Source of the DNA: Bacteroidales bacterium
GTDB taxonomy: Bacteria > Bacteroidota > Bacteroidia > Bacteroidales > GCA-2748055
Direction: 5' to 3'
Assembly: GCA_029210725.1 (NCBI GenBank)
Contig: JARGFM010000001.1
Coordinates: 145,530 to 209,529, forward strand
DNA length: 64,000 nt
Part shown: positions 62,676 to 64,000 of the stretch, in pieces
Layout: each line of letters starts with the position of its first letter
Position numbering within the stretch: the first letter of the stretch is position 1
The notes under the pieces: generated by a model
Told to the model about the DNA's origin: nothing
The model's input: only the letters and a program-made list of their open reading frames with translations
Database searches by the model: none
Program-made: the position numbers and the translations under genes

Positions 62676-64000
62676 CTAATTAATATCGATCGAGTAGATA
62701 CCCTCGAAGCCCATCCTCCCGGTTTCCGGTTCATAGGTGACTCTTCCTCCCAAAGAAAGCGGAAAGGAGATTCTCAGAATATTCAGATCCAGAATCAGGT
62801 CCGCTCCAAATGTGGAATAAAGCTTGTCTTCATATCCAGGATCCGGATCGTGGACAAGCACATTGGTCCCCACCATGTAATCGGTCCACAGGGCTCCACG
62901 GATCCTCTTCAGGTAAAGCAGGGCCCCAATCTCGAAATCCGGGTAGAGTAAGGGAAACACATAATCGGCACTGTAACGGGTCAGAACCTCTCCATAAATC
63001 CCACGCAAACCCCTGGGCATACCAAGCAGATTGATAAAAGCAGGCCGGGACCTGTCCAGAAGGTATTGCTTCTGGTGATAAGCAGATAAGCGGATGGTCT
63101 GATGTTTCATGGGACCCGGCAGGTAAGTGGTGATCCCCCCCAGGGCGACCGAACCAAAAACCTGGTTATGAAAGGGAGCGTGATAATATCCCCCATTTAT
63201 GGAGAATCCAATCCTGGGTAATATCTCTTTTGCCCCCTTCCTCAAATAGGAGGTTGCATACAAACTGTAATAGAGATAGTGGGCCCCCTGCTGATAGCTT
63301 TCCAGGGTCTCATTATACTGAATGTCCCTGCGATACCTGTAATCAATCTGTGGCTGGATCAGTGACAGAAATTTCCCGGTATTAAGGCGAAAGGGAATAT
63401 AAGTCTGAGCCCTGAAATTAAGAGCACGGGGCAGTGCCAAAAGTGAATCGCCCTCTGCATAACGCAAAACCTCAGGTTCACCTCCATAATCTAAATAGAG
63501 GTTTAGCACCGGGTATCTGCCCTTAAGTTTGATCCCGGAATGAAATAAATGGAACCCGTCGCGATATTCGTATGCGAACTGACTCACGGCTGTGCTTAGC
63601 CTGTTCTGGGAAATCAGGGAAACTCCCGGGTTCACAGGCAGCTGTTCCGGATTCAGGGTAAACTCCGGATTCAGGTAGTCAAAATAGAGGGGCAGCCAGG
63701 AGTGAATATTGAATAGATGCAAGGCCTTTCGATACCGGCGTGTATGAAACTCCAGGAAGTTTTCATCGCCGGATTGTCCGCTGATAAGTTCTTCTTCAGG
63801 CGTCTGTTGATAATCCAGCTGTTCCCTGTGATCCCTTGCCTCCTCCAGAGGCTTCCAAAGCCCTTTCTTCAGCTCCAGCGTGCTTGTACCATAGCCCCTG
63901 GAGCTATAGTCAGAAAAGAGAAGGCTTAAGCCATCTGAGGAAATCTGGGGATGAAATGCCCCAAACCGGGCAGAGGTCACCTGAAATGCCTGGTCCTCCT
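62676..64000 (-). CDS. outer-membrane protein, C-terminal beta-barrel with preceding PD40/TolB-like repeat; N-terminus outside the window
   Basis: The frame is open upstream of the GTG at 63980 to the window edge (EDQAFQVTSARFGAFHPQISSDGLSLLF = PD40-like repeat). The remainder has an alternating aromatic-strand pattern ending in ...GFEGIYSIDIN. Confidence 0.5.
   Translation of the reverse strand, partial: EDQAFQVTSARFGAFHPQISSDGLSLLFSDYSSRGYGTSTLELKKGLWKPLEEARDHREQLDYQQTPEEELISGQSGDENFLEFHTRRYRKALHLFNIHSWLPLYFDYLNPEFTLNPEQLPVNPGVSLISQNRLSTAVSQFAYEYRDGFHLFHSGIKLKGRYPVLNLYLDYGGEPEVLRYAEGDSLLALPRALNFRAQTYIPFRLNTGKFLSLIQPQIDYRYRRDIQYNETLESYQQGAHYLYYSLYATSYLRKGAKEILPRIGFSINGGYYHAPFHNQVFGSVALGGITTYLPGPMKHQTIRLSAYHQKQYLLDRSRPAFINLLGMPRGLRGIYGEVLTRYSADYVFPLLYPDFEIGALLYLKRIRGALWTDYMVGTNVLVHDPDPGYEDKLYSTFGADLILDLNILRISFPLSLGGRVTYEPETGRMGFEGIYSIDIN

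Overview
This is a dense chromosomal segment that looks like a Bacteroidota genome. The signs are TAnnTTTG-type -7 boxes in front of several genes, little Shine-Dalgarno signal, a stand-alone atpD-atpC pair, and many Tat- or lipoprotein-signal glycan-processing enzymes. I call about 55 protein-coding genes, two of them cut by the window edges (a Wzy-like gene at the left, an outer-membrane gene at the right). I also call one tRNA-Arg(CCT) with its own promoter box and terminator, one strong bidirectional terminator, and a 40-bp hairpin-forming repeat present twice. I saw no rRNA, CRISPR array, transposase, integrase or phage genes, so this is core or accessory metabolism rather than an obvious mobile island. 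Recognisable content includes tyrS, acs, atpDC, ggt and arfB; an M1 aminopeptidase, a GH20 hexosaminidase and an SNF2 helicase; an AsmA-like giant envelope protein and an ABC-2 exporter; and an Rrf2/cupin/DUF438/DUF1858 stress cluster plus XdhC/MocA Moco-maturation genes. Five items deserve a second look. (1) An orphan 221-aa protein (4428-5093) has a segment order that resembles a gasdermin pore-forming N-domain, ends exactly where the inhibitory tail should begin, and has no protease nearby. (2) A translationally coupled SAM-methyltransferase, hybrid histidine kinase and CheY-like regulator operon (33688-37059) resembles the Ralstonia PhcB/S/Q signal-synthase/sensor layout. (3) A NapC/NirT tetrahaem cytochrome is fused to a cysteine-less FGE-like domain (37254-38816), next to Tat-exported Gfo/Idh/MocA and xylose-isomerase-like enzymes. 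(4) A 40-bp palindromic repeat brackets a GT2-GT4 fusion gene, and one copy sits on the promoter of a MarR-GNAT fusion gene. (5) A membrane-anchored RdhA-like Fe-S protein is translationally coupled to an SLC13 anion transporter. All functional calls rest on motif recognition by eye. No database search was run.
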